Source: Vicugna vicugna (lineage: Eukaryota). Taken from it: DNA of 64,000 nucleotides. The stretch spans positions 984,777-1,048,776 of the forward strand of contig MU058337.1 of NCBI GenBank assembly GCA_013265495.1. Reading direction: 5' to 3'. Made by a program: the position numbers and the translations under genes. Below the pieces are notes generated by a model, which saw nothing but the letters and a program-made list of their open reading frames with translations, was not told the origin of the DNA and ran no database searches. Of this stretch, positions 52,253 through 64,000 are shown in pieces; position 1 is the first letter of the stretch; each line of letters starts with the position of its first letter.

Positions 52253-52591
52253 CCGGGGAGAACAGCTGGTGGTCTGCCCGGCTCCCCCGCTCCCTGCAGT
52301 AAATAACCACAGGGTATCCACACCGTTACTTCCTTCCTTGTACATCACTGGGTCCCGAAAACTCCAGCTCTTGCATAACTCCACTGTTTTCCACGTGAGT
52401 TACATCCAATCAAACCATATTACCTTTTGCCTTCTCACAAGGGCTCAATCCAGAAACGTTTGACTCCAGTGCAAAGCCATCACTTGCCGCTGGCGTTGGG
52501 TGACTATGCTTTCTGCAAGGGCCGGCGAGTTTTCTTAGGAGCCACTTGAAGCCGCAGCGGGCTTCTCACAGTACAGCCTGTCCTTTACTAG

Positions 52592-52957
<366 letters not shown>

Positions 52958-54160
52958 TGAAAGTCCCCTGAGACTGATGTGGAAATGCCACGTTGCGTGT
53001 TGTCTACGTGTGATCACAATTGTTAACTTTGTAAAAGGCTAATTCCGAGGACAAGATTTCAGCAATCAGATTTGCTTTGATCCACTTAGAGTTGGTCGGG
53101 TTCTACCTGCCTCATCTTTGTATTGGCCTAAGAACAGATGACGCGGTAAGAACAGTAAAATTGTGTCTCTTCTTCAGATCGGTCACAAGCTTATGTCCCA
53201 AGTCCATCTTCTGAGAAGTGTCCATCTAAGTTGTTCATGCATTAGAGCCGCATGTTACGGGCCAATGCAATGTAATCTTATATTTCCAATTAACGATGTT
53301 CACTTCCTTCAGCAAATGACTCAGACGGGGCAAAATGTCAACATTTGATTTCTGGATGTTTACAAGCATGACACCACTTAGACATAGAATAAGATGTGAG
53401 GGGTAAGAGCAGACTGCTTTGAAAATGAATGGTGAGCGGGCCTGGGAGGACCGTCCCCTTGGCCATCATGATGTGGTCACCGGAGCTGTGGGTCTGGGTT
53501 CTCTCAGTGAGAAAGGACTACGTGATGTCCTGGTGACCAGACGGCCTGAGTTATGGCATGTTTAGTTTTCAGGCTTTAAGGACAAGACACTCATAAGTGA
53601 GAAGGAACATGAAAACCCTCTCCTTACACTAGACTTTGTGAAACCCTTCTAAGCAGAGTGACACATCGAGGTGTCCAACATGAGAATTTATCAGATTCTT
53701 TCTAGCTCACTTATTTCCAGGCCTGCCCATTGGCCATACTGTTCTAAGTGATGGCCTCTCCAGGGACAGTCCAGCAAGGATCTCCCCTTGGAGCCTGCCT
53801 TGACCCCGGACGAGTGCTTCCTGGTGGCCTAGCCACACGGGAGGAGCATCCAGATGGAGGCTGACAGACACGGCTTTCATCCTGCTTCTCTCATGCCTCC
53901 TCTCCGAGCCACCAGCTTCCCCTGAGGCAGTTCGTGATAGTGGTTCCCCCTTGCCCATCCGCCGGGAGGGCCACAGACAGGGGAGGAGCCCACGACACGT
54001 TCCTTAGGCACCGGCCGTCGTCCAAGAGGAAGTGATCTGAGGCAGGCAAAGGGACTGGCCAGTTCTTTTTGTTATGCTTTGGGTTGTGCTGAGGTCATTT
54101 TTCATACAGTTCCTCTCTACCCGGAGGACAAAGGGCGAGCAAAAGAAACAGAGACCGAGA

Positions 54161-54268
54161 GAAAGGAAGGAAGGAAGGAAAGAAGGAAGGAAGCAAGGAA
54201 GGAAGGAAGGAAAGAAGGAAGGAAGGAAGGAAGGAAGGAAGGAAGGGAGGGAGGGAGGGAGGGAGGAA
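54161..54268 (+). repeat. (GGAA)n/(GGGA)n polypurine microsatellite
   Basis: About 105 bp of nearly pure purine tandem repeat. Confidence 0.97.
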
Positions 54269-56559
54269 TTTATTAACATCTTCTTCCTTTGACTCTGAGC
54301 CAAAATTCACCAACCAGAGGCTATTCATTTATTTGTCTTTCACATAAAACTTTCAATAAAAGGTCATCGAGAAAAGACCTTTGACTCTTGACTTTGGGGG
54401 CAATGAGATGCCCATGGTTCCAGGACTTTGGAGAAACTTGTGGAATTTTCTGGAGAGGCTGTATTTTTGTTCATTCACATGCCTGTAGCTTTGTTCCTGG
54501 AGAAGTTCAGCAGCCCCACTCCCCCGCCAGGTTCTCAGAGCAGAAAACAACCTCAGACAAAGGGTGAGGCATTCATCTCCATCTTTCCCTGCTTCTTGGG
54601 CCCTTATCTGTTTGTGCAAATCTGAAATACAGGTCTGGATGTCTGTCCCCTTCTCTGTACACTTTCATGGCTGTGGAAGAAGTGAGACCTGGGATTTTGT
54701 CTCTTTCTGCACAGCAGGTGCACAAAGTCCTTCTTACAGTTTTAATTGTCTTTGAGTGTTTTTAAGTCGGAGTTTTCATAGCCATCACTACATCACTGAG
54801 GAAAACAGACAGGAAAAGAGTAATCTGTCACCTGTCAGGTCCAGGGGGAAGGTTAGAAGCTTCCTTGGAGTCTCACGGCTGCATGTTTGTTAATCTGACT
54901 CCTCTGTTCCCCACTGTCAGTTGGGTGTCTGTTCTTTTTATTACTTCTCCAAAATGTGCAGAATAAATTCTAAAAGCATCTTAAAAGGAATTTACCAAGT
55001 GGGCTGGTCTTAAGCTTGCCCCAGTAATTCTTCTCTTTAAAAAAAATTAATAAATGGCTTATTCCCATTCTATAGGCTGAAAAATATAATTATTTATCAT
55101 CAAGAGGGGAAGGGATAGATGGCGTTTCTTTCAAATTCAACCTATTTAATTCTAGTTGTCTCCCTACTAAGGGAGATACACCCAGTTCACAGCTTCCAGA
55201 AGGGGAGGGGGCCCCTCTAAGAGTCAGTCTCGGAGAAGGACTCTGAGCACAGGACTACAGAACTCCGTCTTCCAGATGCCGCCCAAGTGAGGGTCAGTTT
55301 TGTTCCAGGTGCTTCTCCCTGTAACGGTGTAAGGTCAGCTTTTTTTCTAGAGTCCTCTGTGTCCAGTCTTTCAGAGACTGGAATTACAGGACCCCCAATT
55401 CCTCCTGTCACGTAGGCTTTTATTAGACACGTACCGATGCTTGAAACTCCTGTCATCCACCAGAAAAAGTGCGTCTTGGCCCCTTGGAATCAGTGAATCA
55501 ATTAGAAGGTTCAGAACACACAAAGTTTATTTAAATCAAGAGTTATTTAAAATGTTGAAAACAGTTATTAGATTCAACTTGTAGTGCGTCATTTCTTCAG
55601 GATGCTTACATTACTTACCCTGTGTGGGAATATTTTAAATGCCTATTTTTTTTTTATTGTCTACCACTGCGGTCCTCAACAAGCCAGTAGCTCATCTGAA
55701 AGAACGATATATCTGAGCGTGATGTCCGTTGCTGCACATTGGCTTCGACTGAGGCTGTTACAGCAGCTCCAAGACCAAGTGTTCTAACCACAGAACTAGA
55801 GGAAGGAAGCGCCTCGCTGTGTGTCAAGTTCTGCCTCCGTCTTAAGAGATGGAGGAGAGACACGTCGCCCTGGATCGCCCTTGGTTTTTCTATTAGAGAA
55901 TAGAACTGACACATTACCGAAGGAGTGTTTGAGAAGTTAATTAGGGAGAAATTCGGAGATGCTGGCGGGGTGAGGCTGTCACGGGATGTCAGGCTTTATT
56001 GAGTTAAAACTTTTCAAGGTGGGTCCGTCCTCAAGCTGGGTTCACATCCTAGGCTGCTGGTTTAGAGGCTGTTTCTTCATCTTCAAAGTGACGGGGTGGA
56101 GTTATTCTCCTCTGTCAACCCGTCTTTGTGGTAATTACCCCTCCCCGCCCCCTGCACACTCCCTCGCCTTCTTCTCGAAACCCCTAGAGAAACCCTTGAT
56201 TGCTTACCTGGGATGGTGAACCAACATTAACAAAACCGAAGGAGCCGGTCCCGCAGGCTGCGGGCGCCATGGTAACAAGCATTATGAAAACTGCCACTTG
56301 ATTGATGGATGAGAGAGACTCGACAGGGTTTGCTGCTGTATTTTTCATAGACAAGTTACTGAAAGAAAGAAAAAAGTAAGAGTCGATCTGCTGGGGATTA
56401 CTGACAATGGAGATAAAACATATTTTGAGAATTCTGTGTAAATTCCGCCTTTCATTTTTCAGCTGTGACAAGGATAAGGTTATGTTTCCGCCTCTCGGGA
56501 AAACACCGTGGGCTGATGCTGGTGATGGTGACAGGCCTGGTGAGGATGTGGTGGAGGAC

Positions 56560-56576
56560 GGCGCCCCCTGGTGGCG
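56560..56576 (-). promoter_or_regulatory. CTCF motif (consensus match)
   Basis: The minus strand reads CGCCACCAGGGGGCGCC. Confidence 0.75.
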
Positions 56577-57026
56577 CGGCTGTGCCACCGCAGGGGGCCC
56601 AAAGCGGATTACTGCCTGCAGGCGAGGATGGGAGAAAATGCTTTGATATGCATATTGATCAAATCAGAAAGGAATTTTTAAAGATGTTTCATGTCATTCA
56701 CAAGAAAGAGTTCACAACAGTGAAAAAAAATTACCCTAGTCGTGCTCTGAGAGGACTGGGGCGTTGATAAAGATTTTTAGAAAGATAACAGATTTTCTCA
56801 CTAATGGAGTATTTTACTAGAAAATTCTGCTGCCCATAGATTTTAATTTGGACATCTATGGTATTTCTAATTTCTCTACTTTCTCCAGTGTGTGGATATG
56901 TTTCATTCTTTTCTAAAAAGAAAAAATATTTTCTTAGAAGAAAAAATAATTTTCCATTCTTTTCAAGGTTTTTGTTTTGTTTTGTTTTGTTTTTTCTGAA
57001 AGAAGAGTAATGAAATACCACTTCAG

Positions 57027-57146
57027 GGGGGAGGGTAGAGCTCAGTGGTAGAGCAGTTAGCATGCATGAGGTCCTGGGTTCAATCCCCAGTACTTCCACT
57101 AAAAAAAAAAAAACCTAATTACCTCTCTCCGCCAAAAAAAAGAAAA
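57027..57146 (+). mobile_element. Camelid tRNA-derived SINE (Vic-1 type)
   Basis: A/B boxes and a perfect 15-nt TSD GAAATACCACTTCAG (57012-57026, 57147-57161). Confidence 0.92.
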
Positions 57147-57479
57147 GAAATACCACTTCAGTTATAGCACCTTATGAATCCATACAAAGTCTTTCAATGA
57201 AGATAAAAAACTTAGGCCCAAAGAGAAATGGGAGGGAAGACTATGATCAGAGTAAAATAAAAAATATGAAAATAAGTTATGTTTTAAAACTTAAGTGAAC
57301 TATAGTAACATCACGTGTTTGGGACGGCGTCTTCCACTAAAACACTGCGCTTTTTGAGGCTTATTAAATTCATATATGTAGATCCGAGTTCAGGTCCTCG
57401 TATTTAAGACCGTCTTCCCTGGCTTCCCCCTCCGTGTGCTTTCCCTGCAGTTCAAGTTTGCCCTGAGCAAGGGACCAAC

Positions 57480-57705
57480 GCAGGGAAGAGCCTGGAGTCG
57501 AAGTTAGGATGTGTGCATTCTGCCAGTAGCTGTGAATTTTGGAAAGTCACGCTCACTGGGTCTCCGTTTCCTCGTCTCACAAGCGGCGGACGCAGCCGGG
57601 CCTCCCCCGCGCGCCGGCTCGTGGAGGACGCAGCCGGGCGGCGCGAGCGCGCAGGGCCCGCTCCGGGGAGGGCGGGGCCCAGGCCGGGCGGCGTGGATGA
57701 TCCGG
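57480..57705 (+). mobile_element. MIR whose 3' half is extremely GC/CpG-rich
   Basis: Recognisable MIR core ttctgccagtagctgtgaattttggaaagtcac...gtctccgtttcctcgtct, continuing into a CpG-dense tract. Confidence 0.7.
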
Positions 57706-59511
57706 AGTCGAATGTCGTCCTCCCCGGTCAGACAGATGTTAAACTAAAATTTTAGAGAGCTTCTCCAGAGCTAGGGGGACGGTGGGATGTACCCCGTCCT
57801 GCAGGTTCCCCGGATGCCCTCCTGACTGATGAGACTCAGAAGTGCTTGCGACCGACACGGTCGCAGTCAAAGCAGTAAAACAAAGGAAGAGTTTTAACTC
57901 TGGAACTTCGATCTAGGAAGGAGACCTTTGGGCGAGGAGGGATTTCCCAGAACAGGTGCGATCGTATTCAGTGAAGGCGTTGGTCACTCTGTCTGCAGTG
58001 ACGCACCTCTGTGAAGCACGCGTCCCCTCCTTGCAGCTGCTCTGGGCACCGAACCGCTTTGGACCCTGTGGTTGTCTCACGTGACTGTAGCTTCTGTCAC
58101 TTTTAGAACAAGCCTGAATCACACACGTCACCTAGTCTGATTCTGCTTCTATGTAGGATTAAGCAGAGCCGACCCCTCCGCTAGCCTGTTCCTGCAGAAA
58201 TGAGAAGCGATCTCTATTTCCCGGCTATTAGGCCAGTGACGGGGTCACTCCCCCAGTGGAAACGGCCAGTCGGTCCGTCCTGAAATCAGCCTGTAAGCAA
58301 AAGCGTCCTTTCTGCCGTCCAGCTGGAGAAGGTCCCTCCGCAGGGGAAACAGAAGATGGACACACGGCTTGTGGCCTGTGCAGCGCCGTTTCCAACAGTT
58401 CAATAAACAAGCCTGATTGCACATTACAAACGAACACGAGGCGAAGTTCCTGCCTTTCAGCGAAGGAGAGAGCTGCCCGGCACCCTTCTCGGCAAAGCCT
58501 TGCGCTCCGAAGGCTGCGCCCCCGGTCAGATGGGTTGGCGAGTTTCTCAGACCGCGCGCGTGCACAGCTACAAGTACTTGAGTGTGAAGGGAAAAGAAAG
58601 GACGCAAGGTCCCTGAGACGTTTGCCTGGAGCATTGTGAATGTAAGGGACCTTCTGCCTCTGTCCGGTGTGTTTGAGTCCCATGAGGAAATAACGTGTTC
58701 CATAGATTTTAAAAAGGCAAATGGACCAATGTTTCTCGATTCTGAAATCTTGTCCTTTTGGTTGTTTGACTTGACACAACCGGGTGAGATGGTTATTGCT
58801 TGTCGTAATTTCTGCAGTGTCAGATCATCGTGTTTACTCTTGATACTTAATGGGAAATTTTCTTCAGATCAGTAAAATTTAGAAGCTCTGTTTTTATACC
58901 CATGATGCCATCATTGTTCAAAATGATTTTTAACATTTTCTTTGGCAATAATTTTCACACTCTGCAGCATCCTCTTTGTGCTTTGAGAGGTTTATCCAAA
59001 TGTGTTTGTTGTTTATGGCTGTAACCCCAGCATCTGTAAAGGTGTTTGACACAGTTTGTGCTCAGTAAACAAATAGCAAATGAATTCATTGATGAGGAAC
59101 AACTCAGAGGAATCTGTGGTGGTCCCTGTTGTGAGGAAGAGGCCGTCCAAGGTGGGGAGGAGCCCCAGGAGGGCGGGGGTGGTGGTGGTAGGTGACCCCC
59201 TGCAGGGCCAGCAGGTGTCTCCTGTCTGCCAGCAACATTATGATGATTCCAGAAAGGGGGCTGACTGGTAGGTGCACTATAACAAAATGTTCCCCCCATC
59301 AGAGTCAAAAAGAATATCATTATTTCCTTTGAAAGCCGTCTGTGCCTCACATTCCGCACTTCTGTCACAGGCAACGTAAAGACTCACGTTGAACGTTCAG
59401 ACCTCACGCACCGCGCTTACCCTCCTGGGATCCTGGGACTTTAAAACAGAGCCTAATAAATGATGACAGCTCCCTTAGGGAATTTACATCTTAAATGGGC
59501 CCCCAAACTTG

Positions 59512-60235
59512 GTGACATGGTTCAGTTGTCCCCCTCCCCCATTCATATGTTGAAGTCCTAACACCCATGTCTCAGAAAGTGATCTTACAGGAAAGCAGGG
59601 TCTTTGTGGAGGCAATCAAGTTGAAAGGAAGTCCTCAGGGTGGGCCCTAATCCATCACCACCAGTGGATGTGTTAATTTGCGAGGCTGCCGTAACAAGAC
59701 ACCGCAGGCGGGTGGTTTAAACAGCAGAAATCTGCTGTCCCACGGTTTTGAAGGCCAGAAGACCAAGGTCAAGGTGCTGGTGAGTCTCGTTTCTCTGGAG
59801 GCCTCTCTCCATGGACCACTTTCTGGCTATGTTTTCACGTGGCCTTCCCTTCCTGGGTGTACCCCAGGGGTCTTCCTGTGTGCCCAAATTTCCTCTTTTC
59901 ATAAGATCACGTTGAATTAGGGCCCACTCTAAAGACCTCACTTTAATTTAATCACCTCTTTCAAAGCCCCGTCTCCAAATACGGCCACATTTGGAGATGC
60001 TGGAAGTCAGAGCGAAACCTGTCACTTCATCTCACAGCAGGTATGCAGAAAGGGGACATTTGGACCCACAAACATGCACAGAGGAAACACACTGTAGAGA
60101 GAGACACAGGCCAAACTCCGTCCCCTGGCCCCCTGCCAGCACTGTGGTCTCGGACCAACGCAGTAAGGCGTGCATTTCCGGTGGCAGCCACCCCGTTGGT
60201 GACACTTGGCTAGGGCAGCTCTGAGGAGCACCTGG
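59512..60235 (+). mobile_element. MLT1B-like LTR split by a second LTR
   Basis: 5' part attcatatgttgaagtcctaac...gggtgggccctaatcca runs to about 59665. It resumes at about 60040 with aaaggggacatttggac...agccaccccgttggtgacacttggctagggcagc. Confidence 0.75.
59666..60039 (-). mobile_element. MLT1A/B-like LTR inserted in opposite orientation
   Basis: aggctgccgtaacaa...ggtggtttaaacagcagaaat...ttagggcccac...tctccaaatacggccacatt. Confidence 0.8.
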
Positions 60236-61664
60236 CAACTGTGTAAGAGAACAGATAACAGCCCGTGTTGTTTGTTCAAGAACAGAATAATGTCTCACCC
60301 TTCTAGGAAGACAGATTTTGCCTACTTCAAAAGTTCTAGAGGATTAGAGGACAGAAAGCAATAAAAAGGAATTATAAAGGCAAAGAAAAAGCTCAGCCAA
60401 GAGGCTTTAGAGGGTAGTAATTATGCAGAGAGAGTCATGGCAAAGAGGCAAGTACTCACCATTAAAGATCGTTTTTAATTGTAAAATCAAATTATTTTCA
60501 TAAATTTCATGAAGCTCTTTTGCAGGAATTTAGCACCACGTCCAGTTTGCAGAGCTGCTGTGTGTGCTGTGTGCGCACATTCCTGGCTTAATAATTAGAA
60601 GATTTTTAAACATGAATCTGAAAACTTTTCATCTCAGGAAACTGCAGTTAGTGAATTTTTATTTTGGAAAATCTAGCCACTTTCTGTACTTTCTGCTCAG
60701 CGTTGCTATAAACCTAAAACAGATCTTAAAAAGGTAAATCCTATAGGGGAGTGAAATCTAGCCAAAGCTCTTTCTGTCTCGAGATAAATTGTCTTCCTTT
60801 TGGCGGTGTGTTTGTCCTCACCCACTCTTGTGGTGTTGGAAGGAAATACAGGCTAATAACTTTATATAACAGTTTTATGAAATTTGTGGCTAGCTTTCAC
60901 ATTCCAAATCTTAATCCTCACAAAAAGAATGGTTTATATCTCTGTTCATTACTATTATTCTTGCCACAGAGATAAAATTTTAAAGCATGAAGCATCAGGA
61001 AAAGCATTGGGAAAAACATGGAATCTATTAAAAATCATGAACTTCATCAATTGGCACAAAAGAGGCAAATGTGGAAGTGTCATTAGGGAAACTCCACGTG
61101 GAAAGTCAGGGAGTTCTGTCGCTGAAAGGATGTGAGCTGTTGTCCAGCTCTCGAGGGCGGGTTCCACATTGGCTCGGGGGTGCTTGAGTCTGCACAGTTT
61201 GGAGGATTGAGGTCTGGACTGTTAACGAATACGGTGATCACCTAGAAAGGTCTGCATGCGTGAAAAAGCAGCCAGGGGCTTTCCCGAGTCCTATTTGTCC
61301 AACATGATAGCTCAACAATTAAATCCAGCAGAAAAGAAAACTGAAGAATAGAGAAATTAAATCTTTTCCCCAAGTTCATAATAAAGTCATCAGTAGAAGC
61401 CAAGGCATCTGACTCCCTGTCTAGCGTGGTTCACTGTACTTTTCTCTTCCTTTTTGACTCCAGAGAGTCGTAAACTCTTCCTACTTGGATTGTAAAATGC
61501 CTGCTGTGCTGGGGAGGAACGTCTAAGGGTAAACGTCTTGGATGTGGGTGACGTCACATTTTCTCCTCCACGTTTTATCTCCTGAGGATTCTGCTCTGTG
61601 TCCTTTCCCTCTAAATATTTTCTCTTGCATTTTCACTCATTCAGCAAACACTTGCACAAGGCTC

Positions 61665-62240
61665 ATTGCATCCATTTTTTGTTTTTTATTGCTGCCTTAA
61701 CAAATTGCCAAAAACTTGGTGGCTCAGAACAACACAAACGTATTCCCTCGTGGTTCTGGAGGTCAGAAGCTGGACCCAGATCTCACCAGGCTGAAATCAT
61801 GGCTTTCTCTGGGGGCTGTCGGAGAAGGTCTGGCTCCCGGTCGGTCAGGCTGCTGGCAGAATTCAGTTCCCTGCCGCTGCAGGACCGAGGTCCCTGCTTC
61901 CCTGCTGGCCATCCGCCACGGAGCGTTCCAGCTTCTGGAAGCTCCCCGACACACATTCCTTGGCTGTGGTTCTCGTGCTCAGGTTCAAAGGCAGCAATGG
62001 AGAAGCAAGTTCTTCACGCCACGTCTCTCTTACCCACTGCATTCAGCCCCTCTCTCTGTGTAAGAGCTCGTGTGATTAGATTATTCTCACTTGGATGAAC
62101 TACCGATTCCAAGGTCAGCTGATTAGCAGCCTTCATGCCGTCTGCGTCCTGAATTCCTTTTTGCCACGTTGCAAGATACTCGCCAATTCTGGGGATTGGG
62201 ATGCGGACGTCTTTTGGGCTCCATCACTTTGCCGCCTGCA
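61665..62240 (-). mobile_element. MLT1D/E-like LTR inserted in an L2 3' end
   Basis: attgctgccttaacaaattgccaaaaacttggtggct...ggcagaattcagttcc...ggtcagctgattagcagcctt...ggggattgggatgcggacgtctttt. L2-like flanks on both sides (cattcagcaaacac; taccaggcattgtgcgagatgctgg). Confidence 0.8.
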
Positions 62241-62924
62241 TCCCTGACGTACCAGGCATTGTGCGAGATGCTGGTGCTAGAAAGAGGACTAATAGAAGTA
62301 GTTTCATAACCTGAGAAACACACAGTTTTTTATAACCTGAAAACACAGCAGAAGTAGACGAATTGAATTAATTAGATTGGCGACATTGCATGTAAAGTAT
62401 TAAAATATTAGAGAAGGGGGAGGGAACTATTCACTCATCACCATAACGCCTCTGGATGTGAGTATAAGGGAGTGTTTTACTAACCAGGGATTCTTCTCCA
62501 TTTTCATTTTTTTAAATGAAATAAATTTAAAAATTTTTCTATGTTAAAAAATGCTACTAAGAAAACATCAGTACACTTATTTCTGTAGACTTCTGATTCA
62601 GTTCCTGAAACTCACTGACTTGGACTTAACAGGTAAAAGGGCGTGCAAAAGCTGTAGGCGCTTGATATTTATTGCCAAAAACTCAGAAAGTTTTTAACAG
62701 CATAGATTCTCACCGCCAGTGCGCTCTGCTTCTCATTTCTCACTCCTGTGTGAGCACGGGGCATTATGACGAGGGCTTCTTGAGGTTTTAAGTAAAATCG
62801 TACATGTCCTTATTTTTTTCAGCTCACTAAAATACTACTATTTGAACTCTTTTACATTGGTCTTTTTATTTCTTTTGTATTGCCTCTTATTAATTTAATA
62901 CATAATCTTTTTTTATCTCTATTC

Positions 62925-62980
62925 CTTTATCTTTCTTTCTTCCCTCCTTCCCTCCTTCCTTCTTTCTTCCTTCCTTTCGT
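62925..62980 (+). repeat. Imperfect (TTCC)n polypyrimidine tract
   Basis: Seen directly. Confidence 0.85.
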
Positions 62981-64000
62981 CTTCACCCCCTGCACACTTT
63001 CCTTTCCCTGCATCATTGTTTCTTATAGGAAACAGCATTGTTAAGGGGGCTGTTTAACTTACACGGAGCAGAAGGTTTGATGTATCAGGCGGAGGGGCCC
63101 GAGGAGCCCAACTGCCCAGCACATCAGTTTATCCTGCATTGCCTTGGAGAGATACACACTTCAAAACCTCGTTTTTATTATTCTTCATATCTTCTCAGTT
63201 TCATATTTTCTCAGTTTACTCTGTGTGTCTTTATTATATGTGTGTAGTCAGCAGAAAATCAGGTGATATCAAAAATGGAAAGAATCTGTGCTTTTGTTAT
63301 TATAAAAGAACAGATATTCGGTGTCTCCCAAGTAAGAGTCATGACTGGATGCTAAATTACCCCGCCCTGACTAACCCCCAAAAAGGATCATTCCCAGGGA
63401 CTGTGTCTCTCGCTTTAAATCCCTTCTCTGGCTCGTTGGCAGTCACTGGCAGGTTTCTCTGCACGGTGTTAACACTTGAAGGTCCTGGGTCTCTAGCGTC
63501 TGGTGTAAACCAGCGCTGTCGGCGGGAACAGCCGGGAAGCAACACAGAGAACTGATCCAAGGTGCCGCTGGGCGGCGCGAACCGGAACCGTTCATATGCC
63601 GCTGCCGGGTGCGTCCCCCTGTCAGACGGCCCGCCAGAATCTCACTCAGTGGAAACTACGTGTGACTCCAGAACGCAGCACTATTTTGAACGAAGAATGC
63701 ATTCTAATGAGCCGTTTCCTCTGCAAATGGACCTGCAGATCGGCCCCAAAGGCCTGCCTGCCTGCCTCAGTGTCACCGCTTCCCATGTTTTTGTAACCCC
63801 TTTTGAAAATTCTCGTACGTTTCCCCATTTTCATTTGAATGTCCTACTTCAGATGTTAAACCTGTTGAAGATAATTCAGCTTTGACAAGTAAAGATGCTT
63901 AATCATTCCAGTTAACATCCTGTTCGTTAACTTTTTTTATTGACACTTAAATATTGAGACTAATTTCCTTATCTCGTTTATTAATGATTCCAGAGTATCT

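Noticed and set aside
54004..54328. Repetitive EGRK/PSFL ORFs
   Set aside because: Translations of the GGAA microsatellite.
60529..60549. REST/RE1-like TTTAGCACCACGTCCAGTTTG
   Set aside because: The left half matches, but the critical GGACAG right half is broken.
61598..62098. 166-aa ORF
   Set aside because: Lies within an MLT1 LTR and has no coding hallmarks.

Overview
Mammalian, not prokaryotic, genomic DNA. It is most likely camelid (alpaca/camel), inferred from three copies of a tRNA-derived SINE matching the camelid Vic-1 type and from artiodactyl-type L1 3' ends. The only supportable coding sequence is a 172-bp internal exon on the + strand (52640-52811) encoding part of the cysteine-rich domain of NALF1/FAM155A, the NALCN auxiliary subunit; it is probably exon 2. 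The rest is intronic and rich in transposon fossils: the 5' end of an antisense L1 spanning an assembly gap, a near full-length Tigger1, MER63, MER3, several MLT1 LTRs (one nested in another), L1/L2/L3/MIR fragments and microsatellites. I found no new gene or multi-gene system. The most unusual signal is focal AT-to-GC rewriting of old AT-rich repeats (a MIR, an L2, the 3' half of Tigger1) into CpG-dense patches, which suggests GC-biased gene conversion hotspots. Two strong, co-oriented CTCF motifs flank the exon. Repeat family calls come from recalled consensus sequences, and their boundaries are approximate.
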